DNA from: Octopus bimaculoides
Lineage: Eukaryota
NCBI RefSeq assembly: GCF_001194135.2
Contig: NC_068982.1
Coordinates: 151,181,308-151,245,307, forward strand
Direction of reading: 5' to 3'
Length of the DNA stretch: 64,000 nucleotides
Shown here: positions 25,589-38,620 of the stretch, piece by piece
Layout: every line of letters begins with the position of its first letter
Numbering within the stretch: the first letter of the stretch is position 1
Made by a program: the position numbers and the translations under genes
Notes under the pieces: model-generated
Told to the model about the DNA's origin: nothing
Databases searched by the model: none
What the model saw: the letters and a program-made list of their open reading frames with translations, nothing else

Positions 25589-26382
25589 NNNNNNNNNNNN
25601 NNNNNNNNNNNNNNNNNNNNNNNNNNNNNNNNNNNNNNNNNNNNNNNNNNNNNNNNNNNNNNNNNNNNNNNNNNNNNNNNNNNNNNNNNNNNNNNNNNNN
25701 NNNNNNNNNNNNNNNNNNNNNNNNNNNNNNNNNNNNNNNNNNNNNNNNNNNNNNNNNNNNNNNNNNNNNNNNNNNNNNNNNNNNNNNNNNNNNNNNNNNN
25801 NNNNNNNNNNNNNNNNNNNNNNNNNNNNNNNNNNNNNNNNNNNNNNNNNNNNNNNNNNNNNNNNNNNNNNNNNNNNNNNNNNNNNNNNNNNNNNNNNNNN
25901 NNNNNNNNNNNNNNNNNNNNNNNNNNNNNNNNNNNNNNNNNNNNNNNNNNNNNNNNNNNNNNNNNNNNNNNNNNNNNNNNNNNNNNNNNNNNNNNNNNNN
26001 NNNNNNNNNNNNNNNNNNNNNNNNNNNNNNNNNNNNNNNNNNNNNNNNNNNNNNNNNNNNNNNNNNNNNNNNNNNNNNNNNNNNNNNNNNNNNNNNNNNN
26101 NNNNNNNNNNNNNNNNNNNNNNNNNNNNNNNNNNNNNNNNNNNNNNNNNNNNNNNNNNNNNNNNNNNNNNNNNNNNNNNNNNNNNNNNNNNNNNNNNNNN
26201 NNNNNNNNNNNNNNNNNNNNNNNNNNNNNNNNNNNNNNNNNNNNNNNNNNNNNNNNNNNNNNNNNNNNNNNNNNNNNNNNNNNNNNNNNNNNNNNNNNNN
26301 NNNNNNNNNNNNNNNNNNNNNNNNNNNNNNNNNNNNNNNNNNNNNNNNNNNNNNNNNNNNNNNNNNNNNNNNNNNNNNNNNN

Positions 26383-26421
<39 letters not shown>

Positions 26422-26549
26422 GAGATAATTATGTGATCTGAAGGCACTTGCTTGCCATATTTCGCATGTTGGGAACTCGATTAACTCAAAAATTCTTGTT
26501 AGCAACCGTCTTGAACTCTCAAGAACTTGAATTAAACACCAAGGAAAAT

Positions 26550-26559
26550 CATACATACA

Positions 26560-26591
<32 letters not shown>

Positions 26592-26712
26592 CATACACAC
26601 ATACATACATACATACATACATACGTACATACATACACACATACATACATACATACATACATACATACATACATACAAGTACGTACGTACGTACGTACGT
26701 ATGTATGTATGT

Positions 26713-26757
<45 letters not shown>

Positions 26758-27300
26758 CAGATAACATTTCTGCCTCTCTAAACTAATCATTTATACTTAT
26801 TATTTACATAATTTTTAAAATCATGTATCACAGTTTTATAACTAATGAAGAGTGCCATAACTTGGAACCTCTTTTAGAGACGAAAATTTTTAACATATTT
26901 TTGTTTGCAGTATTATTCACATATAAACGAAAGTAACTAAACTGTGGTCAGTACACTCGGCAGAATTTTCCCGCATTCTTTGGTATAAGCCATGGATATG
27001 AATGGTTTCTAAAATATGTGCGAATTGCTGTCTTTTTTAGCGGCGCTTATTTACCCGAGATTTAATAAGATAATGTAGAAGATTTGTTGTTTTAACCTCA
27101 ATAATAGAAGAATTTACACAAATTTTTCCTCATACGTAATTTTCTTTGGTTCCAACCCTTCAAAGTATTTTCACTAAAAATATTATTATTTTTGCTATAT
27201 AATTCTTTATCAAATAAGAACTGTTTATTACATCGGTGAATTATTAAATTCCATATTAGAATATTTCTTCTAAATCGGTAGCACTTTGATGATACTATAT
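26550..27300 (+). repeat. Local duplication, copy 2 (lacks the SINE)
   Basis: Collinear with 24385-25190 except for the SINE interval. Confidence 0.85.
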
Positions 27301-27805
27301 ATTTGTGTGTGTATACACACACACATACACACACACACACACACACGCATACATATTCTTACATTCATACATACATGTATACGTATATATCTATGAATAT
27401 ATAGTAATAATTCATATTCGGGTAGACACGTTGTGGTATGCTGTTTGAAACCCGTCTACACTATTCAGCTACCTGATGTAAATAACACAGTATGGAAGTA
27501 TATGACACTGGATTTAGTTCAGGAATCCCTTTACCTTTATGTCCGTAGAGTTTATATAAAAAGATGAGGTAGAAAACAGAATTCTCGCGATTCTCTGTTC
27601 TGAATCCCTACAATCGTAGTGATTCTGAATAAAGAGTCTCATGATTTATNNNNNNNNNNNNNNNNNNNNNNNNNNNNNNNNNNNNNNNNNNNNNNNNNNN
27701 NNNNNNNNNNNNNNNNNNNNNTATATATATGTACATCCCCCCACACACAAACACACACACACACACACACATGCATACACTCACACACGTATATATATGT
27801 ATATC

Positions 27806-28605
27806 ACCTTGACCGACCAGTCCGTCAGGCGTCCATTTGACACCGCTCGCACGGGTACCACTCGACAACTGCGCGGGACCACCGTTTATCGGTGAGCTGG
27901 GCGACGTGTCCAGCCCATCTAAACTTGCTGCGTGTATATTCTACGATGACATCCCTCACGCTGGACTTCTGTCTGATGACATCGCTACTGATGTGCTCCC
28001 TCAACGAGATTCCAAGCATTGATCTCTCCATGACTCTTTGAGCCGTTACCAATCTCTGCTCTTCTCTCTTTGTTGTAGCCCATGTTTAACTACCATATAA
28101 CATTGCAGGTAGAACTGTGCTATTGATGAAGTTGGCGCGGGCGGTCCTGTCCAACCTTCCCTTGAGCACATCCCTTATGCCATTAAACGCCTTCCATCCG
28201 GCCCTTATTCTCCGCAAGATCTCTTTTTCGATGTCGCGGCACATATTCACTTCCTGTCCCATGTAGACATATTCCTTTACCTCCTCTATTTCATCACTGC
28301 CGACCACCATTCGACCTGTTGGTACGTTGTCGGACTGCATGAACTTCGTTTTCATGCGGTTCATCTTGAGATCTACTGCAGAGCTTTTGATGTCGAGCTA
28401 CGTCAGCATGGTCTGAAGCTGAACCGTGGTTTCAGCGATGATTACGATGTCATTAGCAAAGCGGAGGTGGGTGAGTAGCTCGCTATTGATATTGACACCG
28501 CCTTGCCAGTCGATGCCTCTGATGATCTGCTCGAGACATGCGGTGAAAAGTTTTGGAGAGATCGTATCTCCTTGCTTCACTTCCTTCTCGCACGGGTGAT
28601 GACAG
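27806..28605 (-). mobile_element. RTE-clade LINE 3' half (RTE-1-like)
   Basis: VKQGDTISPKLF, HLRFANDIV, MNRMKTK, YVYMGQ, RRIRAGWKAF, VLPAMLYGS, MERSMLG, KFRWAGHV. Confidence 0.93.
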
Positions 28606-28679
28606 CAGATCTATGTCTGTGGTGCATCCGGAATTTGCTTCCCTGTGTATATATATATATTTATATATATATATATCCT

Positions 28680-31008
28680 CCACTATTCATGACCTCATTT
28701 CATCCTCCCGTCTCCCTCCCACTGCCTCCAACCTCATTGTCCACACTCCACGCCCTCCACTATTTACTTCCTTCCCAAAATTCACAAGCCCAACAACCCT
28801 GGCCGCCCCATCATCTCCGTCTGCAACTGCCCCACAGAAATGATCTCCAAATACTTCGACCGTGTCCCCCTAGTGGCTTCCCTCCACTCCCACGTACACG
28901 ACACTAACCATGCTCACCGTCTCTTTAACTCTTTCTCCTTCCTTTCTGGCCCCTCTAAATTTCTGTTGACTCTTGATATCAAGAGCTTACGTACGGTAAT
29001 CCCACACATCGAAGGAATTCTTGCGATGAAACACTTTCTGGATCTTTGACCTGACCCCCTACCTAACACCTTCACACTTCGTCTACCTGAACTTTTTCTC
29101 TCCCTAAACTGTTTCTAGTTCGCGGGGTTTTTTACCAACAGTTCTCGGGAGTGGCCATAGGAACGAGAATGGTCGCCAACTCTGTGAACCTGTTCGTTGG
29201 CTATATTGAGGCCCAAATATTCTCACAATTCACTGGTCCCACCACCGAACTATACGGTCGTTATATCGATGTATGTATCGGCGGGACCTCAATTTCCCGT
29301 GAGTAGCTAGAGTCCTTCCTCTCTTTTGTCCAATCTTTCCATCCGGCCTTCGAATTTTCCTGCTATATATCTAACACTTCCGTCGAATTTCCTGACATTT
29401 CTGCCTGAATAAACCACTCCGCTCTCACTACTTCCATCCGCTACAAACACACTGACTCACACTCCTACTTTAACTTCTCCTCCTCCCACCCTACCCACAC
29501 CAAGCTCTCCATCCCCTATTCCAAATTCCTTCGCCTGAGTAGGCTCTGCAGTGACAACCATGACTTTAAGACTAAGTCTAAACTCATGGATCGCCACTTC
29601 ATCCTACATGGATATCTCCTCACCACTGTCCACACTGCCCTTGCCAGGGCATGATCTGTGGACCGCGCCTCTGTTCTTTCTCCTCGCACCCGCCCTGCCG
29701 TTGCCCATCCCCCATTTCCCCGCACCTATCACCTCTCCATACTGCCCCTCCAACGCACCATTCTCCGAGCACTCCAGAGACTCCAGTCCAACCCTTCCAC
29801 CTCGCACAACTTTCCCGACCTACTCCTTCTCTCCTTTAAACGAGCCCATAACTTGCGTACCTCCTGATCCACAGTTTCTTCCCTAAGCCCACCTCCCAGC
29901 TTAACTCGTTCCCCTGCTCCCGCCCACGGTGCTCTCTCTGGCCTTCCCTGTACATCGGTCAAACGGGACGCCGCTCGGCTGACCTGTTCGCGGAGCACCT
30001 CTGAGACATCAGACTCAGCAATGACACCCCAGTTTCGCGCCATTTCCGCTCTACTGGTCATTCTCTACAACACCTGTCTGTGTTCGGACTGTCTTTGCAC
30101 AGGGGCCATTCGGACTCCTGCATTCGCCGTGAACAGAAATGAATCTTCTCTCTTCGCTCCTTCGCTCCACGTGGGCTAAACTTACCTCCTCTCTTCATCT
30201 GATGCCAACCTCACTCCCTCTCTTAATTTGATACCAGCCCCACACCATTTCACACACACTAGTACTGACCAGTTCCAGCACCCACACTACACACCCACAT
30301 AAATCTTCAATAGCGCCACCATACATACCACTATATGAGCAGCCACGTACATTGTTTAACTCCGTACACACACCACACATCATCATTCACACTCTCACAC
30401 CCACACAAGAACACAATACCTGAGCACAGACAATATATACACCTACACCTACATAAGCACATAATACCTGAATACAGGCTATATCTACATACACACGCAA
30501 CACGCATTAACATACGCAATATACATAGACAATAACTTTCACCCACATATATACACCATATACATGCACACTGTTTGGTCACAGATACACACACTCATGT
30601 GCACACATCAACTGCTACACGCGCGCGCGCGCACTCACACACGTCAGAGTCACTCGCCCCTATTCACACACACAAACACTTACACACTCACGGACACCAT
30701 TTTCACATACACGCACGCGCACCTTCTCTTGTTGGGATCACTGGTACTTTATTATCTTCCTCATACAATCTCTTTTTTTTTATCATTATCTCCCTTTCTT
30801 TCAACCTTTTTTCTTTCAACCATGCAAAAATCGTTGAAATCTAAAGTTTTTTTCATTCTTTCTCTGTTTATTTTCTCTTATTCCTTTCTGTTGAAGCGCG
30901 CAGGCTTGAAACGCAAAAGACTTTTTCATTTTTCCCGAGCATTAAACTAATACACTTGCTTGTTGTTCATACACCTGTCTTCGTGATTTGTTTTTCTATA
31001 AATTTCAA
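28680..31008 (+). mobile_element. Penelope-like element: RT, GIY-YIG endonuclease and terminal repeat, inactivated
   Basis: YFLPKIHKPNNPGRPIIS, LDIKSL.T.IPH, G.A.GTRM, RYIDV (YIDD mutated), YK.TDSHSY..FSS.HP, YIGQTGR, PVSRHF, PRGLN; low-complexity tract 30280-30720; terminal segment to about 31008. Confidence 0.93.
30884..30918 (+). ncRNA. Degenerate minimal hammerhead ribozyme-like motif in the PLE terminus
   Basis: cttt-CTGTTGA-a-gcgc-gcag-gctt-GAAAC-GCA-aaag: stem I cttt/aaag; core A6 and the NUH U are mutated; stem II is imperfect. Confidence 0.5.
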
Positions 31009-32426
31009 CTATATATATATATGTATGTATGAATGCCCACAATTTCACTGATGGTCTGTTGTGAATAAATAATTTATTGGAAGGAAAATTATATATTATG
31101 CATAAAAAGCATCAGTTTGTTTTATCTTTTTATCATCAATAGTTTCTGTTCGAAAATATCGATTTTTATTTTATCTACACTTTGCAGTTGTATAATTTAA
31201 GGCCGTTAGTGTTTTTAGTGTTTTAGGGTTAGAGTATGCGATAGATGCATTTCTTTTGATAAGGAATGAGGGGGCGTTAAATGGTTTCTTCCTAGATTGA
31301 TACTGTTTGCATTCTCACTTGGTATGGGCCTTTTACAAGGCTGTGTGACACTTTGCACTGTAGAAGTCTTCAATAAAATAGCATTAAGATGTCTAGTTGA
31401 ATTTCAACGATAATTTTCCATGTTACTGTAATATCTTGTTTCTATGTTACCCGATAAACTGGACAAGAAATATAATTTTTCCTGTTCCTTGATATCAAAT
31501 ATAAAATAAACGTATTGATGGTGACGGTTTTTGGAAATGCTTCCTTTAAGCACCTTATGAATACTCAAGATACAATACTTTTTAGGAGACGCAATCCATC
31601 ACGAGGAAAGGTATCTGAACGTCACCAATTTTAAGTTGGCTGTTGACATAGGGACTGTGTAGAAGTTTGATTGTTGAAACGATGTTTACCATGCAAGAAT
31701 AGCTGAGATTAACGTTTTATGCATTGAAGATATATCAATTGTTGGTGGAAAGTCCTGCCTCACTAATGTTATGAATTTAATGGCTAGGATTATAGAAATG
31801 TCCAAATCTTGGGTTGACTTAAACTAAATTACCTGTCTGTTTTTGATTCTTCTCTGGTGTAGAGTGAGTGGTGTATTTTCGCTATTTCTAGCTAACACCT
31901 CCTTATAATTGTGGCTGGCTCTATTTTCTCTATTTGATGATTGAATGGAGTCTTCCTTACTCTGACAAGTGGCGATGACTGGAATTAGTGTGCAATATAT
32001 TTTCTTTTGATTTCTCTTGAGGTAATGCTTTCACTTTCTTTAAATCTAATGCTATAACTGGAATCGTGGTTATGTTTCAATAAAATGTCTTAAATATGCC
32101 ATGCCTATTAAGTCCTTTCTAAATCTGTTTATGGTCTTAGAATGTCCATTGCATTAGAAATGATCATACAAGGACTATTCTGAACAATGAAGTTAGTTCA
32201 CTTTCGAAGGGCGTTAAGGATAAACAACCCGGCTATGTCATACCCTTCAGCTTCATCCTCCTCCTTACGGTGAAAACGGAATCCTTTTTTATTCCAGTAG
32301 GAACCATCAGAATTAATCAGTGACAGATTAGCGTCTTACTCTCTTAATCTCAATGTCATTGATTGTGCTGAATTGCCCAATGCCAAAGGAGTTCATCATC
32401 AGTCTCCTTAAATTCTGTTTTATCTC

Positions 32427-32535
32427 ACACATACATACATATATACATACATACATGCATGCATGGATACATACATACATGCATACATACATACATACAT
32501 ACATACATACATACATACATGCATGCATACATACA

Positions 32536-32566
<31 letters not shown>

Positions 32567-32644
32567 CATACATACGTACGTACGTACATACATACATACA
32601 TACGTATGTATACATACACATCCATATATATGTATGCATGTATA
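32427..32644. repeat. (TACA)n tract at the 3' end of RLE copy B
   Basis: Direct reading. Confidence 0.95.
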
Positions 32645-32796
32645 TCATTATTCAGTTTTATTTTAAGATTTCTTGCCAATAGAGAAAGAGCCGGTTTCTA
32701 ACCTAGATCCAAGACTCCTTCATTGGAATTTCGATATCAACAACAGGGTATTTTTCTTTGTATGTATGTATGTATGTATGTATGTATGTATGTATG

Positions 32797-32828
<32 letters not shown>

Positions 32829-34703
32829 CGTGCAGATTTTGTATGTTTTGTTTTATGTATGCATTCATATGCATATAGTTGCATATCTAGACATGTTCAT
32901 ATATATTTAAATGATAAACTTCTGGAAAGTTTTACAGATTTTATAGTTGCAGTGATGGATTGGATTTGTAGTCTTCGGATTATCTTTCTCCTTTTCGGTT
33001 TTGAGAAGTCTAATTCCTCAAGATTGGTATTTAGGCAGTGTGATACATATCCCAGGGCCCCAATAATTACAGGTACAAACTCGAACTTGTAATCTGGATA
33101 GAGTAACTGCAGCTTTCTTAATATTTCAGCGTAGGCATTCTCTTTTTCTCTTTTTCACTGATCTTCAGTTTTATGTTAACATCCGACTGTACATTGCTTC
33201 TGTTTTCTATCCAAAATCATTATATCAGGTCTATTGTGCTTTTATTTTATTGAGGTTTTCGCTGTGACATTCCATCAGTACTCCTTTTTACTATGAGTGG
33301 CTATGGCTTCTACCATACAATGGGTTCTTATTTCTTTGTCCTCGGGGTTATCATTTCGACAGATTTCATTATAGAGTGTCCTAGTTACTACATCATGTCT
33401 CATCGGAAAATAATATCGTGATGACATTTTCGAACAACTGCTTATGATATGGGTGACATCTTCGGTGTTGACTCCACAATGTCTGCATCGGTTGTCACAT
33501 TTTACTGCTATTCCTGCATCTCTATTCTTGTTGTTCCTGGATTGCAAACACTCGCTTCGAAGTGGGAGGTAGTAATCCAGCTATTGGTCCATAATAGACT
33601 ACTTTGATGATCAATGTTATTAACATTTCGGAGCTTTTTACTAACATGCATAGTCTTCTCATATATACTTATCCTTTCATATATCCTCATCTGATGATAC
33701 GTTGCAGTAGAGTCGTGCGACTTCTTTGGGAATGAATTTAAGGTTTATAGACAATGAATGTTGCGCAGGGTGCTGCCTCCAATATCCTATGATGTTAGCC
33801 TCATGTATGCAAACTTGGTCAAGTGATGGACTTCGACACTCAGTGGTTAAAAGATGTTGCCGAAGGGATATGATACGACATTCAAAAGAATTTTGGATCG
33901 ATGTTAAGCCTCTTCCGATTTGTTTTCGTTTTAGGTGGAGGAGGTCTATGTCACTGTTTATGTGGAAATTTTGTCTCCTTGTTAGTATTTTTCGGGTTTT
34001 TACATCATTGGCTCGGACCTCATCAAGCGTCCAATCAAGCAGCCCAAATGTTGGTATGTGTACTTGCATTGCAAATTGTGGGCCGCACGCAGTTTTATTG
34101 AATGTAGGAAGTTCTGAGGTCCAAATTTTCTTTATTCAGCTGTAATATTCTTTAGTGACACGTGTTGTGTTACAGGTGCCATTGTAAGATATGTTTTCAT
34201 CCACTCCTAGATATCTGTAACATTCCTCGTCTGATATAGGGGAAACAGTCAAGTCATTGATGGATATGCTGCTAGTCTGGTTTACAGTATTCCCCCTTTT
34301 CACAGCCATATGTCAACATTTATCCTGACCAAACTCCAACCCTCCATCCTTTGAGAATGTTGTAACTAGATCAAGGCTCTCTTTCATCTCGTGCATATTC
34401 TTTGCATAAAGTTTTAAGTCATCCACAAAAAGAACAGTGTGTAATTTTGGTACTTCTGTTTCCTTGTGAACCAGTGAGATATTCTTCTGACTCCCTTAAC
34501 ATGAATGGCAAGGGGTTTACAGAAAATATAAACAACATCACAGAGAGGCTGTCCTTTGCAATACTGTATTCTATCAGTAATAATACAGTCACTCTTAGTG
34601 TTTAATTTCAAGATGGTGGCCCACGATGAAGTCAGGTCAGTTATGGCTTTGACTATGCTCACTGGAACTTTAGCAAGTTGAAGGGCTTCTAGCATCCGTG
34701 AGT
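32645..34703 (-). mobile_element. R4/Dong-like RLE non-LTR retrotransposon, copy B (5'-truncated, intact 3' end)
   Basis: RT (MDD.KLYAK, YRYLG); CCHC finger CRHCG..EDVTHIISSC..RYYFPMRHD; RLE NRPDIMILD; PVIIGALG; stop at 32907-32909; 3'UTR with internal (TACA)n at 32760-32824. Confidence 0.95.
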
Positions 34704-34704
34704 C

Positions 34705-34925
34705 TACGTATGTATGTATGTATGTATGTATGTATGTATGTATGTATGTATGTACGTATGTATGTATGTATGTATGTATGCATGTATGTATGTATGTATG
34801 TATGCATGTATGTATGTATGTATGCATGCATGCATGTATGTATGTATGTATGTACGTACGTACGTATGTATGTATGTATGTATGTATGTATGTATGTGTA
34901 TGTATATATATATATGTATGTATGA
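34705..34925. repeat. (TATG)n tract abutting the 5' junction of RLE copy B
   Basis: Direct reading. Confidence 0.95.
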
Positions 34926-35149
34926 TGTCGTACAAGTACTTNNNNNNNNNNTATATATATATAACATGTATATATGAGTGCGCCCCCTCCACATACACAC
35001 ATTAATATCTGAATTTTATCTGGGACATTTGCAATAAATTTGACAGTTATCCACTGGATAATACTCTGTAGTTTTTCTTTAAAATACATTAACATATACA
35101 GGTCAAAATACAACAATAATAATGATAAAATGAATGTATATATATCAAC

Positions 35150-35970
35150 CAACAATAAATAACAAATGAATTTATATAAAAATACTTATTACATGAAAAA
35201 AGAAAAATGTTTAACAATATTATTAAAAATAAGTGTAATACTTATCTAAACTAAAATTATAAACGTGACATTATTAACTTTACGTTTATTAGAATATAAA
35301 CCTAACAGAAATATTAGATGAATTAATATAAAAATATTTATTTCACCAATAAATAGAAGAAAAACATTTAACAATATTATTAAAATAAATGCAAAGCTTA
35401 TCTCAACGAATCTTTCGTTTAAAAACAATCTAAACGTTATACTATTAACTTAGCGTTTTACTAGAATATAAACTAACAATACACGAAGTTATATAAAAAA
35501 AATAGTTATCTTACCGATAAATCAAAGAGAAATATTAAACAACATTATTGAAAAAATTCAACACTAATCTTATTGCAGTTTTGGTTTAAACTAAAATGTT
35601 AAACTTAGCGTTAAGTAGTATATCAATTAACAATAAATAACAAGTGAATTTATATAAAAATACTTATTTTACCAATAATCAAAAGAAAAACATTTAACAA
35701 TACTATTGAAAAAATAAATGCAATATTTATCTTAACGAAGTTTTAGGTTAATCTAAAATTATAAACGTTATATTATTAACTTTACGTTTATTACAATATA
35801 AGCCAACAAAAATAATAAATTAATTTATATAAAAATATTTATATCACCAATAAATAAAAGAAAAAACATTTAACAAAATTATTGAAAAGAAATGCAAAAC
35901 TTATCTAATCGAAACTTTAGTAAAATTAAAATTTTAAATGCTATACTATTAACTTAACCTTATTTAGAAT
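35150..35970. repeat. Diverged AT-rich tandem array, about 5 monomers of about 160-170 bp
   Basis: tt(t/a)atataaaaa(t/a)a recurs near 35171, 35327, 35490, 35650 and 35824, each followed by ..aaaa(c)atttaacaa and (in most) tattaactt.cg blocks. Confidence 0.8.
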
Positions 35971-36399
35971 ATTTAGAGAGCATGCATTGATAGACATGGT
36001 GATGCCTAGGTCGAACAATTGATTGTAGATCTACTGAAATTTTGAAGCTTTGAACAATACGTATTTCCATTCACCCTGTTGTATATAGCTACTCAGATTT
36101 TGTTGGAATGCATAAATATTATTGTTTCTATTGATCTCTATCATCCCTTAAGGATGTCTGAAAATATGCTGAATGTTGAAGATTGTAAATTGTTTGCTGT
36201 GTCTGCTATTACGAAAAATAAAAGGGTCATGGAACGGTATCGTCTGGCTTTTTACTTACTGCCACAAACTTTTCCTATATGTCTCTGTTTTCCGCTCAAA
36301 TCTGAGATCGATGTTTCTGAAAATCGGAGATGCAAATCCCATGCCTCCCGATATTCTAATATATTTGCTCTTCATAATTTAAGATTTCATTCTCGACCT

Positions 36400-36856
36400 C
36401 AAACACCTTGAGAAAATAATATTAAAGATTGAAAAACTTTCAGATTTTTGTCGTGATGTGGAATTTGTATATGACAATTTCTTACCATGTGGTACGCACA
36501 CTGCTTTTCTTCCAGTTTGCCCAGAAATTCTGGAGTAGTATTGAAACTTAGAATGAAAATTATATCTTGAAGAGTTCACTACAGAGCGTAGAAAGTTGTA
36601 TTTCCTTTGAGCGCCTGACTGATACATTGCTAAAAATTCGTTTGGTTTAAATGGTTTATTATCCTCTCCATGCAAAATGTGTGTACAACTTTGCATTTGT
36701 GTACGTGAAACAGAGAGAAAGATTGCCCCTCCGCGTAAAAAAGTATACACTTTATATGTACAGTTGTGTCAATTTGTGCGTGTGCATGCGCGTGTATGTG
36801 TGCGTGCGTGTGTATGTGTGTGCCTGTGTCTGTGTGCACGCATTTCTGAGATAGAT

Positions 36857-36931
<75 letters not shown>

Positions 36932-38620
36932 NNNNNNNNNNNNNNNNNNNNNNNNNNNNNNNNNNNNNNNNNNNNNNNNNNNNNNNNNNNNNNNNNNNNN
37001 NNNNNNNNNNNNNNNNNNNNNNNNNNNNNNNNNNNNNNNNNNNNNNNNNNNNNNNNNNNNNNNNNNNNNNNNNNNNNNNNNNNNNNNNNNNNNNNNNNNN
37101 NNNNNNNNNNNNNNNNNNNNNNNNNNNNNNNNNNNNNNNNNNNNNNNNNNNNNNNNNNNNNNNNNNNNNNNNNNNNNNNNNNNNNNNNNNNNNNNNNNNN
37201 NNNNNNNNNNNNNNNNNNNNNNNNNNNNNNNNNNNNNNNNNNNNNNNNNNNNNNNNNNNNNNNNNNNNNNNNNNNNNATATATATATATATAAATCGCTG
37301 TATGCGTGTTTGTACGCCTTTCCTTTATAACTATTTATAAAGAAAGAGTTGGTTCTAACACAGGAACAAAGCTCTATCGCTGAAACTTAGAATTTGGATA
37401 AAGCAATCAATAAGTGTTGAACAATATTAGTCTCGCTTACAGATTGTATTTGCAAAATGCATATTTAGCTGGTATTATTTTTTGCCTGAAAGCACTAACC
37501 TTTAGAGTTTGCTACTTATACATTTGCTTACATACTCGGGTGCACCAATAATTAGGTATAAATGTGAAGCTGTACTCTGGGGAGAACAGCTATAGATTTT
37601 GAAGTGGTTATCCATGAATATTCTCTTTTTTTTTTAGCGATTTGGAAACAAATAACAAATAATCATATCGAGCCTGTTATGCTTGTACTTGGGGGAAAGT
37701 TTGATAGGGATGTTCCCCCAAAATTCTTTGAGCTAATACGTATTTATGTATTCAATAACTGGAGCGTTCTTTTTACTCATTTCTTTTTAGTCATTTCTGT
37801 GTTTGACATTCTATATCATTTCAGTGACAACCTTCTTCTTCATTGGAAGGTATTTCAATGAGGATATTTTTAGCCGATGCTGTCCACATGTGCAATGACC
37901 TTCTCAGAATGTGATATGATCAACTCTCCCACTTAGATCTTGGGGGTTTAAGGATCTCACTGTATCTTATGTTCATTTGTATTTTGTAGCGATCATATGC
38001 TCTTGGATTGAAAAAACGTAGTCTTCGAAATATGACATATTGTAACGGAAGCGAGCACTGGTAAGGTTACACTTAATGTTAGCATCATCCTCAAGATTAC
38101 GGGAGACATACTCAAACATCTCTATTTTTTATGCGGAGCATTTCTCTTGCAAGACAAGTACACTAGTCTAGTAACTCTAATGTTATAGGGAAGGTCACAG
38201 GAATAATATTTCTTGATGAGTTCTCTACTAATCCAAAAGACCAAAAGAAGTTGTTCACTTTACTTCTGATGAACTTATTCTTGCTGCTGCAGTTTAGGAG
38301 ACCCTGTGTGACATGTACTAACTTTATTTAGACATATTCTTCCTCTTGGCTCTTCATCAGCGATAAAACTGTTTCTGTGAAAACTTCCACCTATTACTAG
38401 GATTTTCCGGATTTTAGTAGGTATTCTCTTCAAAACTCTAAAGTATTCGAGTTGTTGGTATCATTACTGATGTTACAAATGCATTGTGGGATATTGCCTT
38501 GTAAGAAGAAAGCATCGACTACCACATACGTACTTTTGAGACTTGGTATAATATTCTGTCTTTCTTTGTTAACAGTATCTTTTGTATATGTTTATGTTAG
38601 AAACTAGATATTATAGCACA
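36400..38620 (-). mobile_element. Possible very old PLE remnants
   Basis: Minus strand SGQTGRK near 36510-36530 (GIY-YIG YIGQTGR-like) and ILYQVSKVRMW*S..S near 38510-38560 (RT Y.Q..G..MGS-like); weak. Confidence 0.2.

Noticed and set aside
31300-32100. Possible further PLE RT remnant (GKLYFLS on the minus strand)
   Set aside because: Single weak motif without collinear support
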